Shown here: positions 35,989 to 46,215 of the stretch, one piece after another
How the letters are laid out: the number at the start of each line of letters is the position of its first letter
Numbering within the stretch: the stretch's first letter is position 1
The notes under the pieces: generated by a model
Database searches by the model: none
Told to the model about the DNA's origin: nothing
What the model saw: the letters and a program-made list of their open reading frames with translations, nothing else
Source of the DNA: Candidatus Aenigmatarchaeota archaeon
GTDB taxonomy: Archaea; Aenigmatarchaeota; Aenigmatarchaeia; CG10238-14; SCSR01
DNA length: 64,000 nt
Reading direction: 5' to 3'
Assembly: GCA_038998335.1 (NCBI GenBank)
Contig: JAVZHQ010000001.1
Location: 140,455-204,454, forward strand
Translations under genes and position numbers: made by a program

Positions 35989-36356
35989 ATACTTCTTAGT
36001 ACATTCACCACTTCCTTTACGCTCTTTTCCATCTTTATCAAAGCCATCCCTAAGTTAGCATCTTTTTCTAACAAGCATGCTAAGATCATTTCACTATCAA
36101 CAGGGAAACAAACGTAATAACCGTTAGAAGCTTTTACTATAGTGTGAGTAAAGCTTCCCATTCCAAGTTCTTTTGTTGATATAAAAGAGCTTTTAGTTAT
36201 TGCTGCAGCCAAAGCAGCCAGAAGCTTAGCGTTAAGCTCAGAGGGAAGGTAAGATGCTATTAATAAACCATCGTTCTTAGCCAGTATGGCTCCTTTTACT
36301 CCCTCTATTCTTTTCATATCTTTCAATATCTTCTCTAATTCAGTTTTAAGCTCCAT
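35985..36356 (-). CDS. Roadblock/LC7 domain protein
   Basis: GVKGAILAKNDGLLIAS, ANLG. Confidence 0.9.
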   Translation of the reverse strand: MELKTELEKILKDMKRIEGVKGAILAKNDGLLIASYLPSELNAKLLAALAAAITKSSFISTKELGMGSFTHTIVKASNGYYVCFPVDSEMILACLLEKDANLGMALIKMEKSVKEVVNVLRSI

Positions 36357-36788
36357 TTAATCACTTTTCGTTATTTCATAAAGATTTTTAAAAAAGTAAC
36401 TCAAAGAAAGAAGTACTAAGTAAGTTGAAAAAAGTATTCCTAAACCTCCTATTAAATTTACGATACTATCTTGTTGGTATTCTCTTAAGAGCGATAGAGA
36501 CCAAGTAATTCCAAATATAAAAGTGGTTACGAACATTATTTTAAACCATTCTCTGACTTTTGGGTGAATGAAAATTAGAGTAGCTACATATTGCTCGTTT
36601 TTCTCAAAATTTTCTAAAAATTTTTTACAATAATAGGCTGCTATAGTTGAAGGGACTACGATTACAAAAAAGGCCGTGTAACTTGATATTAAAAGTAAAT
36701 TATAGTAAGCTCTAACAACAACAATAATAACAGTAGCAAGTAATAATAAAATAAAGATGAATACTATGCTATCTAGTTTTTTACTCAT
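36357..36788 (-). CDS. Membrane protein (4 TM)
   Basis: Hydrophobic segments. Confidence 0.7.
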   Translation of the reverse strand: MSKKLDSIVFIFILLLLATVIIVVVRAYYNLLLISSYTAFFVIVVPSTIAAYYCKKFLENFEKNEQYVATLIFIHPKVREWFKIMFVTTFIFGITWSLSLLREYQQDSIVNLIGGLGILFSTYLVLLSLSYFFKNLYEITKSD

Positions 36789-37242
36789 AAGTTAAAATCC
36801 TCCTCCTCCATCTGTAGAAAATAACAACAGTAGTAAGAGCCAAGAAAATAGAGGAAAAAATATAAGAATTATAGAGTATAGAAAAAATCAACTCATACTT
36901 TATAAACAATTCTGGAAAGTTATGGTGTACAGCTAATTCTACTAAATAGGCCAGCCAGCCTACAAAAACTACTCTTAACGCAGTATGGAAAAACTTAATT
37001 TCCTCTTTTAATTTTTTCGGTGCTAACATAAAGTTTACCGTAGAAATTTCCTTTGTTCTTAAAAAAGTCTTATACAAGCTAACTGAAACTATGGAATTTG
37101 CAAAACCAAGAATTAAAAAAACTGAATCTGTGTAAACAAAAGTTAGAAGTGGAGTTGTTTTATAAGTAAGCTGAAAAATTATTTCTCCAATAACGGTAAT
37201 TATTATAGTTAAAAAAATTACTGAATAGAATGCTTTTTCCAT
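36781..37242 (-). CDS. Membrane protein (4 TM)
   Basis: Hydrophobic segments, similar architecture to neighbour. Confidence 0.7.
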   Translation of the reverse strand: MEKAFYSVIFLTIIITVIGEIIFQLTYKTTPLLTFVYTDSVFLILGFANSIVSVSLYKTFLRTKEISTVNFMLAPKKLKEEIKFFHTALRVVFVGWLAYLVELAVHHNFPELFIKYELIFSILYNSYIFSSIFLALTTVVIFYRWRRRILTYE

Positions 37243-37269
37243 AAATAATTTTTGGTTTTTAAATTAAAA

Positions 37270-38103
37270 TTAACTTTTGAAGAGAATTTCTTTCGCTTTT
37301 TCTATAAGTATTCTTAGTTTTTTCTTCTGGACTTTTGTTCTTTTACACAGTTCTTCCAGGTTCTCTTCGAGGAGTTGCTTAAGCAAGACAATTCCTATAC
37401 TAGTAAGCTTTTCCCTACTTTTTTCGTCCAGATCTTTTAAAATAGTTATAGGATAAAGCTTTTTTTCCTCTATAAGCCTTTCCAGACCTTTTTCTTCTGG
37501 ATAATTCCATCCTATAAAACCAATCCCCTTACACGAAGCATACTTTTTTGCATGCTCGGAAAATTTGGTATTGCAAACTATTAGAATTTTGTCAAAATCC
37601 AAAGAATTTTTTCCTATTTTTCTTCCTTCTTTTATGTCTTCAAGTATAGCCTGAGCCTCAAGAAAAACGTCTTTACCAGTATAGGCATGATGATTGAAGT
37701 GATGCTTGATTTCAACCAAAAACGTTTGATTATCTTTTTTTGCTATAGCATCAATCTCATGATCAACACAATAACCTTCAACTATTTGGTTTGGAGTAAC
37801 CTCATAACCATATTCTTTTAAAAGAAGCTGAATAAACCTCTCAAAGTCAGGTTTTGGGCTAAGCAAAGAAATAGCTTCTCTCAAGTCTATTTGATGCTTT
37901 ATTTCTGGTTTAAATTTTTGTAAGAACTTGAAAATCATCCTAAGAATTTTTCTTGTTTCTACTCCATCATAAATTCTTTTCTCAATTTCTCTAGCTATTA
38001 GTTCTGCTTGTTCTTGTGAAATTCCCATTCTTAAACAAGTTCTTATAACTTTTTCCTTTTTGAATTCTTCTTTTCTTCCGTCAGCTTTTGTTACAAAAAC
38101 CAT
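37270..38103 (-). CDS. ATP-cone + Mrr-type restriction endonuclease domain protein
   Basis: VTKADGRKEEF (ATP cone); FE...HEID.IA...VEIK PD-(D/E)xK. Confidence 0.85.
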   Translation of the reverse strand: MVFVTKADGRKEEFKKEKVIRTCLRMGISQEQAELIAREIEKRIYDGVETRKILRMIFKFLQKFKPEIKHQIDLREAISLLSPKPDFERFIQLLLKEYGYEVTPNQIVEGYCVDHEIDAIAKKDNQTFLVEIKHHFNHHAYTGKDVFLEAQAILEDIKEGRKIGKNSLDFDKILIVCNTKFSEHAKKYASCKGIGFIGWNYPEEKGLERLIEEKKLYPITILKDLDEKSREKLTSIGIVLLKQLLEENLEELCKRTKVQKKKLRILIEKAKEILFKS

Positions 38104-38134
38104 CAAATTAATTTTAAGCTTTCAACTAATAAAT

Positions 38135-38272
38135 ATGCCAAAAAAGGTTTTGAGATGTGCTATATGCAGAAGTAAAGACTTAAACTACTTACCTTGGCTA
38201 GGACAAGTTTATGAGTGTAGGAATTGTGGTTACAGAGGACCTTTATTCATAGAAAAAAAGAAAAAATCATAA
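38135..38272 (+). CDS. Small zinc-ribbon protein
   Basis: CAIC...YECRNCGY.G. Confidence 0.65.
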   Translation: MPKKVLRCAICRSKDLNYLPWLGQVYECRNCGYRGPLFIEKKKKS

Positions 38273-40156
38273 AACCAATTTACCCTTTCCGTAAGGTATA
38301 TGCCTTTTTATTTCTTCTAATTCTATTTTTTCAACTAAATTTTTAATTTCAAAAGGAACTTTTAACAGCAATTCCCTTTTTATTTCTCTTGCTAACTCTT
38401 CTGAGCTAACATCTCCTGGACAAATCGTAACTATATAAGGAGTTTGTTTTTTTATTGCTGTTACTGGTCCAGCTATGATTTTTATACCATCTTCAATTTT
38501 TAGCCCAATCGAAACTCTAAGCAAAACCTTCTTAAGCCATTCTCTTTTCCCTTTAATCTTAAAACTTCCTAAAGGCAAGGCTTCCTTCACAACTTGCTCA
38601 GGCTTTACATAAAAAACATCTATGGTACCCAAACCTAAAAGCCAAGCTTTAGAGTAGCTGGCAGCAAACTCTGCTGCTTCCATTATAGTTTCCATAGGTA
38701 TTTCTTTCTTTTTTTCATTTCTTATTAGAACAAAAGGTGCTCCACGAATGTCTGCATGAAGTATCAAATCCTTTTCTCTTGAGTATTTTTTTACTATTTC
38801 CTCGTTGGTTTTAGCATCTTTACCAGCTATAATTAAGAAATTGTCACTACTTATAAACCATCTAAACCTTTCATACCATTCTTTTTTCTCTTCTTTTCCT
38901 TTTACTTTCTCTTCACTTTTAATTTTTTCGGCAGCTTTTTTCAATTTCTCAATCTTTTCTTTAACTTTTTTCGCTTTACTAAAGTAAAAGTTTGCGTTTT
39001 CTTCTAAACTTTTCCTAAAATCTACTTCTATTTCATTTCCGTCGATTAAAAAAGTTAGAGAAGCTTTGGCTTGATTTATTTCTTTAAGAATTTTTTCTTT
39101 GTCCAAAGCTTTAACTTTTGCTTTAATTTCTTCCCAACTAAGCTTTTTTTCTCTCATTTCAACAATTTTTTTCAGAAAAAAGTCAAGCGCTTGGTATTTT
39201 TCGTAGAGGATTTTCCCAATTTTTCTGTATTTTTCGTAATTTTTTTCGAGTTTTTCAAGTTGAGCCATTTGTTTTTCATAAATTTTTTCAATTTTTTCTT
39301 CACTTTTTTTTAGTTCCTTGATTTTTTCCTCAATTTTTCCGAATTCTAAGAGAGATTCAAAGTAACTTTCAACAGCTTGATTAAAACTTTCAAGATAAAT
39401 TTTTTCTTTTTCTTTGAATTTTTCTGTCTCGAAAGGGAAAAACTCAACGATTTTTTTATTTTCTAGAATAACGTGCGGTTTAATCTCAACATTTTTAAGC
39501 TCCTCAAAAAACCTAAAGAGTTTATCGATTTCGTTTTGATCCAATTCTGAGCAGATTTTTTCTTTTTTTATTCCTAATCTTTCACAAATTTCTTCTGCGT
39601 ACTTCCTTGACAAACCAAAATCTAAAGCTAAAACCTTAACTATTTCATTCTTTTTTTCTTTCAAAGTCTTTTGAAAGTCAAAAAAGCTTTTATCGAAAGG
39701 ATTTATACAAGAAGGAGGATACCTGTACAAAGCTTTTGGCAATATTTTTCTATCTTTCCACTCTCTTTTTTCGAAAGCAGTTATTATCAAGCCAGAAGAA
39801 TTTACTAAAATTAAGTTCCCATTCCTGAAAATTTCAAAAATTAGCCTTAAGCCGTTAATTTCCAGCTCGACAATTCTGTCAAAACCAACTTGAAAAACGT
39901 TCCCTATAGTTTTTCCCAACAAATATTTTCTAAGTTGCATGCAAAAACTAGTTGCTTTTTCGAATTTTTCCTTTTTTTTGGTTAAATAAATTGTTTTATC
40001 AAGCAAGACTTTAAGAAAAAACCTTTCTTTTTTGTAGATTTCGAATAAAAAGGTTTTGTTCTCTTGTTTAATCCCTTGAATTTTCCCTCCTTCTAAGGCT
40101 TCTTTAAGCTCTTTTACCAAAAATCTCAAATCCAAGCTTGTTATTTCTTCGCTCAT
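38267..40156 (-). CDS. Rqc2/NFACT (ribosome quality control) protein
   Basis: FDRIV, EIFRNGN, WYERFRWF.SS, GKDA..NE, HAD..GAP. Confidence 0.9.
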   Translation of the reverse strand: MSEEITSLDLRFLVKELKEALEGGKIQGIKQENKTFLFEIYKKERFFLKVLLDKTIYLTKKKEKFEKATSFCMQLRKYLLGKTIGNVFQVGFDRIVELEINGLRLIFEIFRNGNLILVNSSGLIITAFEKREWKDRKILPKALYRYPPSCINPFDKSFFDFQKTLKEKKNEIVKVLALDFGLSRKYAEEICERLGIKKEKICSELDQNEIDKLFRFFEELKNVEIKPHVILENKKIVEFFPFETEKFKEKEKIYLESFNQAVESYFESLLEFGKIEEKIKELKKSEEKIEKIYEKQMAQLEKLEKNYEKYRKIGKILYEKYQALDFFLKKIVEMREKKLSWEEIKAKVKALDKEKILKEINQAKASLTFLIDGNEIEVDFRKSLEENANFYFSKAKKVKEKIEKLKKAAEKIKSEEKVKGKEEKKEWYERFRWFISSDNFLIIAGKDAKTNEEIVKKYSREKDLILHADIRGAPFVLIRNEKKKEIPMETIMEAAEFAASYSKAWLLGLGTIDVFYVKPEQVVKEALPLGSFKIKGKREWLKKVLLRVSIGLKIEDGIKIIAGPVTAIKKQTPYIVTICPGDVSSEELAREIKRELLLKVPFEIKNLVEKIELEEIKRHIPYGKGKLVL

Positions 40157-40245
40157 TTCAATCAAAATAAATTTTAAGAAGAGATAAAGTTAAAGCTTTA
40201 ACTCAAGCAAAATTTTTAAATAATTCTTTTTTTCTAAAAAAAGAT

Positions 40246-40737
40246 ATGAGCAAATACAAAAGACCAAGCTGGGATGATTATTTTCTGGAGATTGCGAAAG
40301 TTGTTGGTACAAGAGCAACATGCGATAGAGGAAGAAACGGGGCAGTTATAGTAAAGGATAAAAGAATTTTGACTACAGGCTACGTAGGAGCACCTTCTGG
40401 TTTACCACATTGCGACGATGTTGGACATTTATTAACTGAAACTGTAGATCCAGTAACAGGGAAAAAGAAAAAACATTGTATAAGAACTACTCATGCTGAA
40501 CAAAATGCAATAGTTCAAGCTGCTTTGCATGGCGTTTCCACGAAAGATGCAACTCTGTACGTGAAATTTGTACCTTGCTTTACTTGCGCAAAGATGATAA
40601 TAAATGCAGGAATTAAAAGAGTGGTAGCAGAAAAAGACTATCACGACTCAGCTTTGACAAAAAAATTCTTTAAAGAAGCAGGAGTTAAGCTTGAAATAAA
40701 GAAAAAAGAAGTGGAAAAGTATCCAGACCAAGAATAA
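40246..40737 (+). CDS. dCMP deaminase
   Basis: RPSWDDYF, RATC, HAEQNAI, PCFTC. Confidence 0.93.
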   Translation: MSKYKRPSWDDYFLEIAKVVGTRATCDRGRNGAVIVKDKRILTTGYVGAPSGLPHCDDVGHLLTETVDPVTGKKKKHCIRTTHAEQNAIVQAALHGVSTKDATLYVKFVPCFTCAKMIINAGIKRVVAEKDYHDSALTKKFFKEAGVKLEIKKKEVEKYPDQE

Positions 40738-40741
40738 TTTT

Positions 40742-41248
40742 TCATATTTTCTTTTCTCCCAGAACTTTTTCTTCTAGAATCTTTTTTAATTCCTCTGTAC
40801 TTTTTCCAAAATATCTTTCAAATTCAGGCGTAGTCGTGATAGTTTTTGTTCTCCCAGCCTTTTCTGTTTTAATTAAACCTTTTTTTTCCAAAGCTTCTAC
40901 ATAACCATAAGCCTTGTTTCCTTGGTACTTTACTATTAAAGACTGTTTTATAGGCTGCTTCACAGCAACTATTGCTAAGGTTCTCATCATCCCATTACTT
41001 AAATCAGCAAAAGGAGCAAGCTTAGCTACTTTTTCCCTATACTCTTTTTTAACTCTTAACTCAAAGCCTTCTGGTGTTTCAACCAACTCTACGCCTCTAT
41101 CTTCTTTACTTAACTCTTTTTTCAACTCCTCTAAAAGCTTTTTAACTTCTTCTTCTGAGCCTATTCCAACTACTTTTGAAAGTTTTTCCAGGCTTAAAGG
41201 TCTGTCAGAAACGAATAGCGCAGCTTCAAGTAAAGCTTTTAGGTTCAT
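40742..41248 (-). CDS. scpB: SMC-Scp complex subunit ScpB
   Basis: LEAALF, TLAIVA..QPI, GR....TT..F..YFG. Confidence 0.92.
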   Translation of the reverse strand: MNLKALLEAALFVSDRPLSLEKLSKVVGIGSEEEVKKLLEELKKELSKEDRGVELVETPEGFELRVKKEYREKVAKLAPFADLSNGMMRTLAIVAVKQPIKQSLIVKYQGNKAYGYVEALEKKGLIKTEKAGRTKTITTTPEFERYFGKSTEELKKILEEKVLGEKKI

Positions 41249-41700
41249 TTTCTCTTAAATATTTAATTTTTTTTGAAAAATTTAAGCATAGAAATCAAAA
41301 TTTTAATTATGATGGAACTAACAAAACTAAGAGTTTACAAATTCTTGGTAATTTTCTACGAGAAGTTACATTCGATTGAGAAAATTTTCTTTGGAAGCGA
41401 ATATTTTTATAAAAAAGCAGAAAAAATTTGTTGCAAAGCTGAAAAAATAATCAAAAATTACAAAAGTTTGAAAAGATTTGAGTAAAGTTGTAGCCTAACT
41501 ACTCTTTTTAAATAGTTAGAGAATTTATTATTAATCAATTAATATAAAAATTTAATAATACTTTTTTCTTTTTTTAGATAATTAATTTATGTTTAAAATA
41601 AATTCAATAAGTAAAAAATTAAATGAAATTTTCTTTGCGTTTAAAACTTTTACAGCTATTCAAATTTTTTTTCAAAAAAATTGAAAAAATAAGAAAAAAA

Positions 41701-41986
41701 TTACTTGGTTTTTGCTATTTTGTGCCTATTATGAAAACTACTAGCAAAATAACAATCCAATTAACTAGCTGTCTTATAAATCTCCTATTAAAAACTTAGA
41801 TTTTCCTACCTCTATGACTAATTCTGGGTTTAAAAAAATCAAGATAAGGACTGTATATGGGAGTTATTATGTCTGTTACTAGTGCTTGAACTAGTTGGGC
41901 TGTTGCAATACTAAGACAAAAGCTAAAGCTACTGCTATCACGTTCTGTTTTTTCATAAAATCCATGAATTCTTTAAGAAAACTCAT
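41701..41986 (-). pseudogene. mscL: Large-conductance mechanosensitive channel pseudogene
   Basis: MSFLKEFMDFMKKQNVIAVALAFVL / IATAQLVQALVTDIITPI / FLIGD / IRQLVNWIVILLVVFII pieces in different frames. Confidence 0.8.
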
Positions 41987-42047
41987 TTGTTCAGCTGAAC
42001 TTATATAATGAACTTTAAGCTTAATTAACTTACTAACTTAAGCTTAC

Positions 42048-42734
42048 TCATGATTTTTTGGTTATGAAAATATCCTTAAAAAAATCTTCTTGCTCAGTAA
42101 CTACTTTTTCGTTTTGCTCTAAATGAAGCAAGGGAACAAAATGGTCTATTATTTGGTCTCTGTTCCAATCTTCAACTATTTGACTAAACTTTATTTTATT
42201 AGCTTTTAACTTTTGCATAAGCTCATCAATTTCATTCATCACATGATTAATCTTTTTTGTTATGTCTTCCTCGCTTATTTGGGCCTGAATTCTAGCTCTC
42301 CACATAACTCTTCTTTGGATTTTTCTTTCTCTTACTGCCAAAGCCTTTCTTAAGGCATTGATAAGCTCTTCTAAGGTTACTTGTCTTTTTGGAATTCTTT
42401 TCATAGGCAAGCCTAGTTGAACTAAGTTTGGGTCTATACCTAAGTCAACAAAAGGCTGTGCCTTGGCAACTTCTTCTACAGTCTCTTCTTCTTCGAACAA
42501 AGACAAATAATCTGCCTTAAGTCTAAGGAGAACTGCTGCTACAAAAACAATTTTTGCGGGAATTCTAAAATCAAGCTCCTGAATTTTTTGAATATATCTT
42601 AAAAAACTATCAGCCAACTTAACCAAATCTATATCCCATGGGTTAAGGTTTTCTATACTTACTATATGATAAATTACTTCTTCCCAGCTTTCTTTCTTAA
42701 GAATTAAATCTAAGATATTTTCTTCTTGATTCAT
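42048..42734 (-). CDS. scpA: Kleisin ScpA
   Basis: NPWDIDL, LLRLKA, VTLEELI.AL, F..LLHL...Q..FF.DI. Confidence 0.92.
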   Translation of the reverse strand: MNQEENILDLILKKESWEEVIYHIVSIENLNPWDIDLVKLADSFLRYIQKIQELDFRIPAKIVFVAAVLLRLKADYLSLFEEEETVEEVAKAQPFVDLGIDPNLVQLGLPMKRIPKRQVTLEELINALRKALAVRERKIQRRVMWRARIQAQISEEDITKKINHVMNEIDELMQKLKANKIKFSQIVEDWNRDQIIDHFVPLLHLEQNEKVVTEQEDFFKDIFITKKS

Positions 42735-45214
42735 CCTGGCATCTCCAAACCTAATATTTTTGACTCACCTCTATCCATGGTTACACCATAAACCCTATCC
42801 CCATACTTGATAGTTTCATCGTTATGAGTTATAACGATAAACTGAGCTTCTTTTGAAAGAGATTTTATCAATTCAGCAACTTTTCTTGAGTTTTCTTTGT
42901 CCAAAGCAGCATCAACTTCATCTAAAATGTAAAATGGAGCAGGCCTATAGCTCTGAACAGCAAAGATAAAAGCTAAGGCAGTTAAAGCCTTTTCTCCTCC
43001 TGAAAGTGAATCTATGTTAAGTAAAGTCTTTCCTCCTGGGTTTGCTTGAATTATTAATCCTGACTCTAAATCTAAAGGATTCTCTAGCTCAAGGCTTGCG
43101 CTTCCGCCTGTCATCTTCTTGAATATTTGATTGAACTTTTCGCTCAACTCTTTCAAGCATTTGTTAAAGACTTCTCTTCTTTTCTCTTCTATTTTTTCGA
43201 TCATGTCTAGAACAGCTTTTTTCTCTTCTAATATTTTTTCATACTTTTTCTTGTACTCATCAAACTCAGCTTTAAACTTCTCGTATTGTTCTATAGCTTT
43301 AAAGTTTACTGCTCCCAAAGAGTTAAGCTCTTTAACAGTTTGTTCTATAGCTTCTTCTAAAGCCTTAATTCCTTTTTCTATTGGTTTAATTTCACCATAC
43401 TGCAAAGCTTCTACTTTTAAAGTTTCAAGCTCAGCTTCAATCTTCGCTTTCTGGATTTTTAGCTTGTTCAGCTTTGTTTGAATGTTAAGTCTTTTTTCAT
43501 AAGCTCTTTTTCTCTCGTTTCTAAGTTTATCAAGCTCAAACTCAGAATCTACCTTAATTTTCTCAAGGTCGATTATTTCCTTAGTCTCTTCTGCTTGGGA
43601 ATACTTCTTCAACTTTTCCTCAAGCTCTTTTATTTCATTTTTCAAAATTTCGTTTTCCTCTTGAAGCTTTTTCTTAAGCTTAAGATATTCTTCAACTTCT
43701 TCCTTAGCAGTTTCTACAGCTATTCTTGGATGTTTTCTTACAAGATAACCTCCTGTCATAGCTCCACTTCTTTCTATCAAATCTCCGTCTAAGGTGACCA
43801 TCCTAACCTTTCCAATTCCTATTGCTCTTGCAACCTCTAGATTTTCAACCAAAAGAGTGTCGCCAAAAACAAACTCTATAGCTGGTAAAATTTTTTGCTC
43901 GCACTTAATAACTTTTGCAACGCTTCCAAAAGCTCCTTTTATCCTGAAAGATTTTTCCTCAAGCTTTCTTGGTTTAATTTTGTTTAAAGGAATGAAAGTT
44001 GCCCTTCCTATCTTTTCTCTTTTAAGATAGTCTATGCAAAAACTTGCTATTTCATCATTCTCTACTATTATATCGTTAAGATGAGGACCTGCTGCAATCT
44101 CTACAGCAAGCTGATAATCTTGCGAAGTTTTTATCAAATTTTTCAAAGTTCCAAGAACTCCTTTTAAATTAAGGCTTAGTATTGCTTTCACGCTTGCTGG
44201 CACTTCTTCTTCTCTGACTTCAATAGTTTGTAACTTTTCTATTAGCCTATCTAACCTTTCTATTTCTTTCAAGTTTGAGTCAAGTTTATCCTTGTTGAAA
44301 AGGATTTTTGTTCTTAAGTAAGAAATTTCTTTCTCTACCTCAACTTTTTTTGAAATTTGAATGAGCTTGTCAGCAAGCTCTCTTATGCTTTTTTCTTTTT
44401 TCTCTAATTCTTCTTCTATCCTTTCAAGTTCTTCCTGAACTTTTTTATTCTCTTCTTCCTCTTTTGCTATTTCCTGATCTAAAGTTTTCTGCATTTCTTC
44501 AAAGTTTTTTATTTTTCTAAAAATCAAGGAAGCTTTAAGAGTTTGTAATTGCTTTTGCAAAGTTTGGTATCTTATCGCAGCGTTTCTCTCTTCTTCTAAT
44601 CTTTTAAAAATCTCATAGCGTTCAGTAATTATTATTTCTGCTTCCTTTAACTTTTGGTCTACTGCCTCTAATTCTCTTTGAGCTTTTTCTTTTTTATCAT
44701 TATATTCAGCTATACCAGAAATTTCATCTATTATAAACCTTCTTTCCACAGGGTTCATTTCTATTATGTTTGTAACATCACCTTGCAGTATTATGTTATG
44801 ACCATCAGGCCTAATTCTTGCTGAAGAAAGAACTTCTAGAATCTTTTCTCTTGTTGTAGTCCTTCCCTGAAGCTTGTAGATGGAAACTCCTTTTCTGTTA
44901 ACTTTTCTTGTTATGGAAATTTCTGGTTCATCGAAAGGAAATTCTTTGTTCGAATTATCAAGGTACAAAGTTACAGAAGCATACTGAGCAGGAGCTTTTC
45001 CATTACCACCATGAAAAATAAGCTCGTGAAGCCTTTCTGCTCTTAAACTTTTTGCTGAAATTCTTCCTAAAACGAAGCATACAGAATCTACTATGTTTGA
45101 TTTTCCGCTTCCGTTTGGGCCACAAATTATATTGAAACCTCTAAGTAAAGGTATTGAAATCTTCTTGTTGAAACTTTTAAAACCTTGTAAGGTTAGTCTT
45201 GTTATGCAAGTCAT
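42731..45214 (-). CDS. smc: Chromosome segregation protein SMC (short, 827 aa)
   Basis: GFKSF, GPNGSGKS, hinge GRATFIPL / VTLDGD..GAMTGG, LSGGE, LDEVDAALD. Confidence 0.95.
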   Translation of the reverse strand: MTCITRLTLQGFKSFNKKISIPLLRGFNIICGPNGSGKSNIVDSVCFVLGRISAKSLRAERLHELIFHGGNGKAPAQYASVTLYLDNSNKEFPFDEPEISITRKVNRKGVSIYKLQGRTTTREKILEVLSSARIRPDGHNIILQGDVTNIIEMNPVERRFIIDEISGIAEYNDKKEKAQRELEAVDQKLKEAEIIITERYEIFKRLEEERNAAIRYQTLQKQLQTLKASLIFRKIKNFEEMQKTLDQEIAKEEEENKKVQEELERIEEELEKKEKSIRELADKLIQISKKVEVEKEISYLRTKILFNKDKLDSNLKEIERLDRLIEKLQTIEVREEEVPASVKAILSLNLKGVLGTLKNLIKTSQDYQLAVEIAAGPHLNDIIVENDEIASFCIDYLKREKIGRATFIPLNKIKPRKLEEKSFRIKGAFGSVAKVIKCEQKILPAIEFVFGDTLLVENLEVARAIGIGKVRMVTLDGDLIERSGAMTGGYLVRKHPRIAVETAKEEVEEYLKLKKKLQEENEILKNEIKELEEKLKKYSQAEETKEIIDLEKIKVDSEFELDKLRNERKRAYEKRLNIQTKLNKLKIQKAKIEAELETLKVEALQYGEIKPIEKGIKALEEAIEQTVKELNSLGAVNFKAIEQYEKFKAEFDEYKKKYEKILEEKKAVLDMIEKIEEKRREVFNKCLKELSEKFNQIFKKMTGGSASLELENPLDLESGLIIQANPGGKTLLNIDSLSGGEKALTALAFIFAVQSYRPAPFYILDEVDAALDKENSRKVAELIKSLSKEAQFIVITHNDETIKYGDRVYGVTMDRGESKILGLEMPG

Positions 45215-45319
45215 TACTTTTCACTTTGTAAGTTAAATAACCTGATAACTCTCATATATTTATTGGAGTTTAAAACGCAAATATATTTCTGAGCAAAAAA
45301 ATAATTAAAATTGAGTAGT

Positions 45320-46171
45320 ATGAAAGAAAAGCTTTTATTTTTCGTCTTATTCTTTTTATTAACTTTTTTGGTAAGCATAAACGGTATTCCTTTTGTCGAA
45401 GTTCCAGCAACGCTTAACGAATCTTTGGTAGAGATTTCAGTTTTCAAAATAAACGAAAAAGTTATAATAAGAGTAAACGTTAGCGATACAGAAAATGATG
45501 TTCAATACGTTTGGTTAAACTTAACCGCTAGTAATGGAACATTGGTTTTGATAAATGAACTTATGACTAATACTTCTATAGCTTGTGGTGAAAATTGTTC
45601 TGTTTGGGAGAAAAATTATACTATAGCTGGAGGGGAGCCTGCTGGAACTTGGGTTATTAATGTTACGGCAAACGATACTTCTGGAAATACTGCTAGCAAT
45701 TCAACAACTTTTAACGTTAGCAAGTATATTGAGCTAACAATTTCTCAGGCTTTGATAGAAGGTATATCCTTTGGTTTGGTTAATCCTGGAACTGTAGGTA
45801 AACCTGCTTTGAACAACTCAGGTTTGCCTAACGGCGGAACGCAATATAACCTAACACTTGGTACTTCCTCAAACGTAAACGCTGATTTTTACCACAGAAT
45901 AAACGAAACTCATTCAAGTATATACATAAATGAATCTTCAAGTAGAACAAGTGAGCTTGAAGGGTTTTCTTCCAACACTACTTTATCAAGTGAATGGAAA
46001 ATTATGGGCAATTCTTCGGTAAATTGTAGTGCAATATTTCCAGGAAATAGTTGCTGGGTTAGGTATTTTATAGATGTAGAACAAGGTACTTCTTCTCAAT
46101 ATTTTGAAAGAAGGTATTGTTTTTGCGCTGTGTATGAAGGAGGAGACTATTCACTTTGTGGATATTGTTAA
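45320..46171 (+). CDS. Secreted/surface glycoprotein
   Basis: Signal peptide, many NxS/T sequons, Ig-like beta pattern, C-terminal Cys. Confidence 0.75.
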   Translation: MKEKLLFFVLFFLLTFLVSINGIPFVEVPATLNESLVEISVFKINEKVIIRVNVSDTENDVQYVWLNLTASNGTLVLINELMTNTSIACGENCSVWEKNYTIAGGEPAGTWVINVTANDTSGNTASNSTTFNVSKYIELTISQALIEGISFGLVNPGTVGKPALNNSGLPNGGTQYNLTLGTSSNVNADFYHRINETHSSIYINESSSRTSELEGFSSNTTLSSEWKIMGNSSVNCSAIFPGNSCWVRYFIDVEQGTSSQYFERRYCFCAVYEGGDYSLCGYC

Positions 46172-46215
46172 CATTAGTGATAATCCTTATAAGATAAAAA
46201 AACCAAATTTTATTC

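Noticed and set aside
41273-41485. 70-aa ORF
   Set aside because: Low-complexity AT-rich, TTG start, no motif; coding status unsupported
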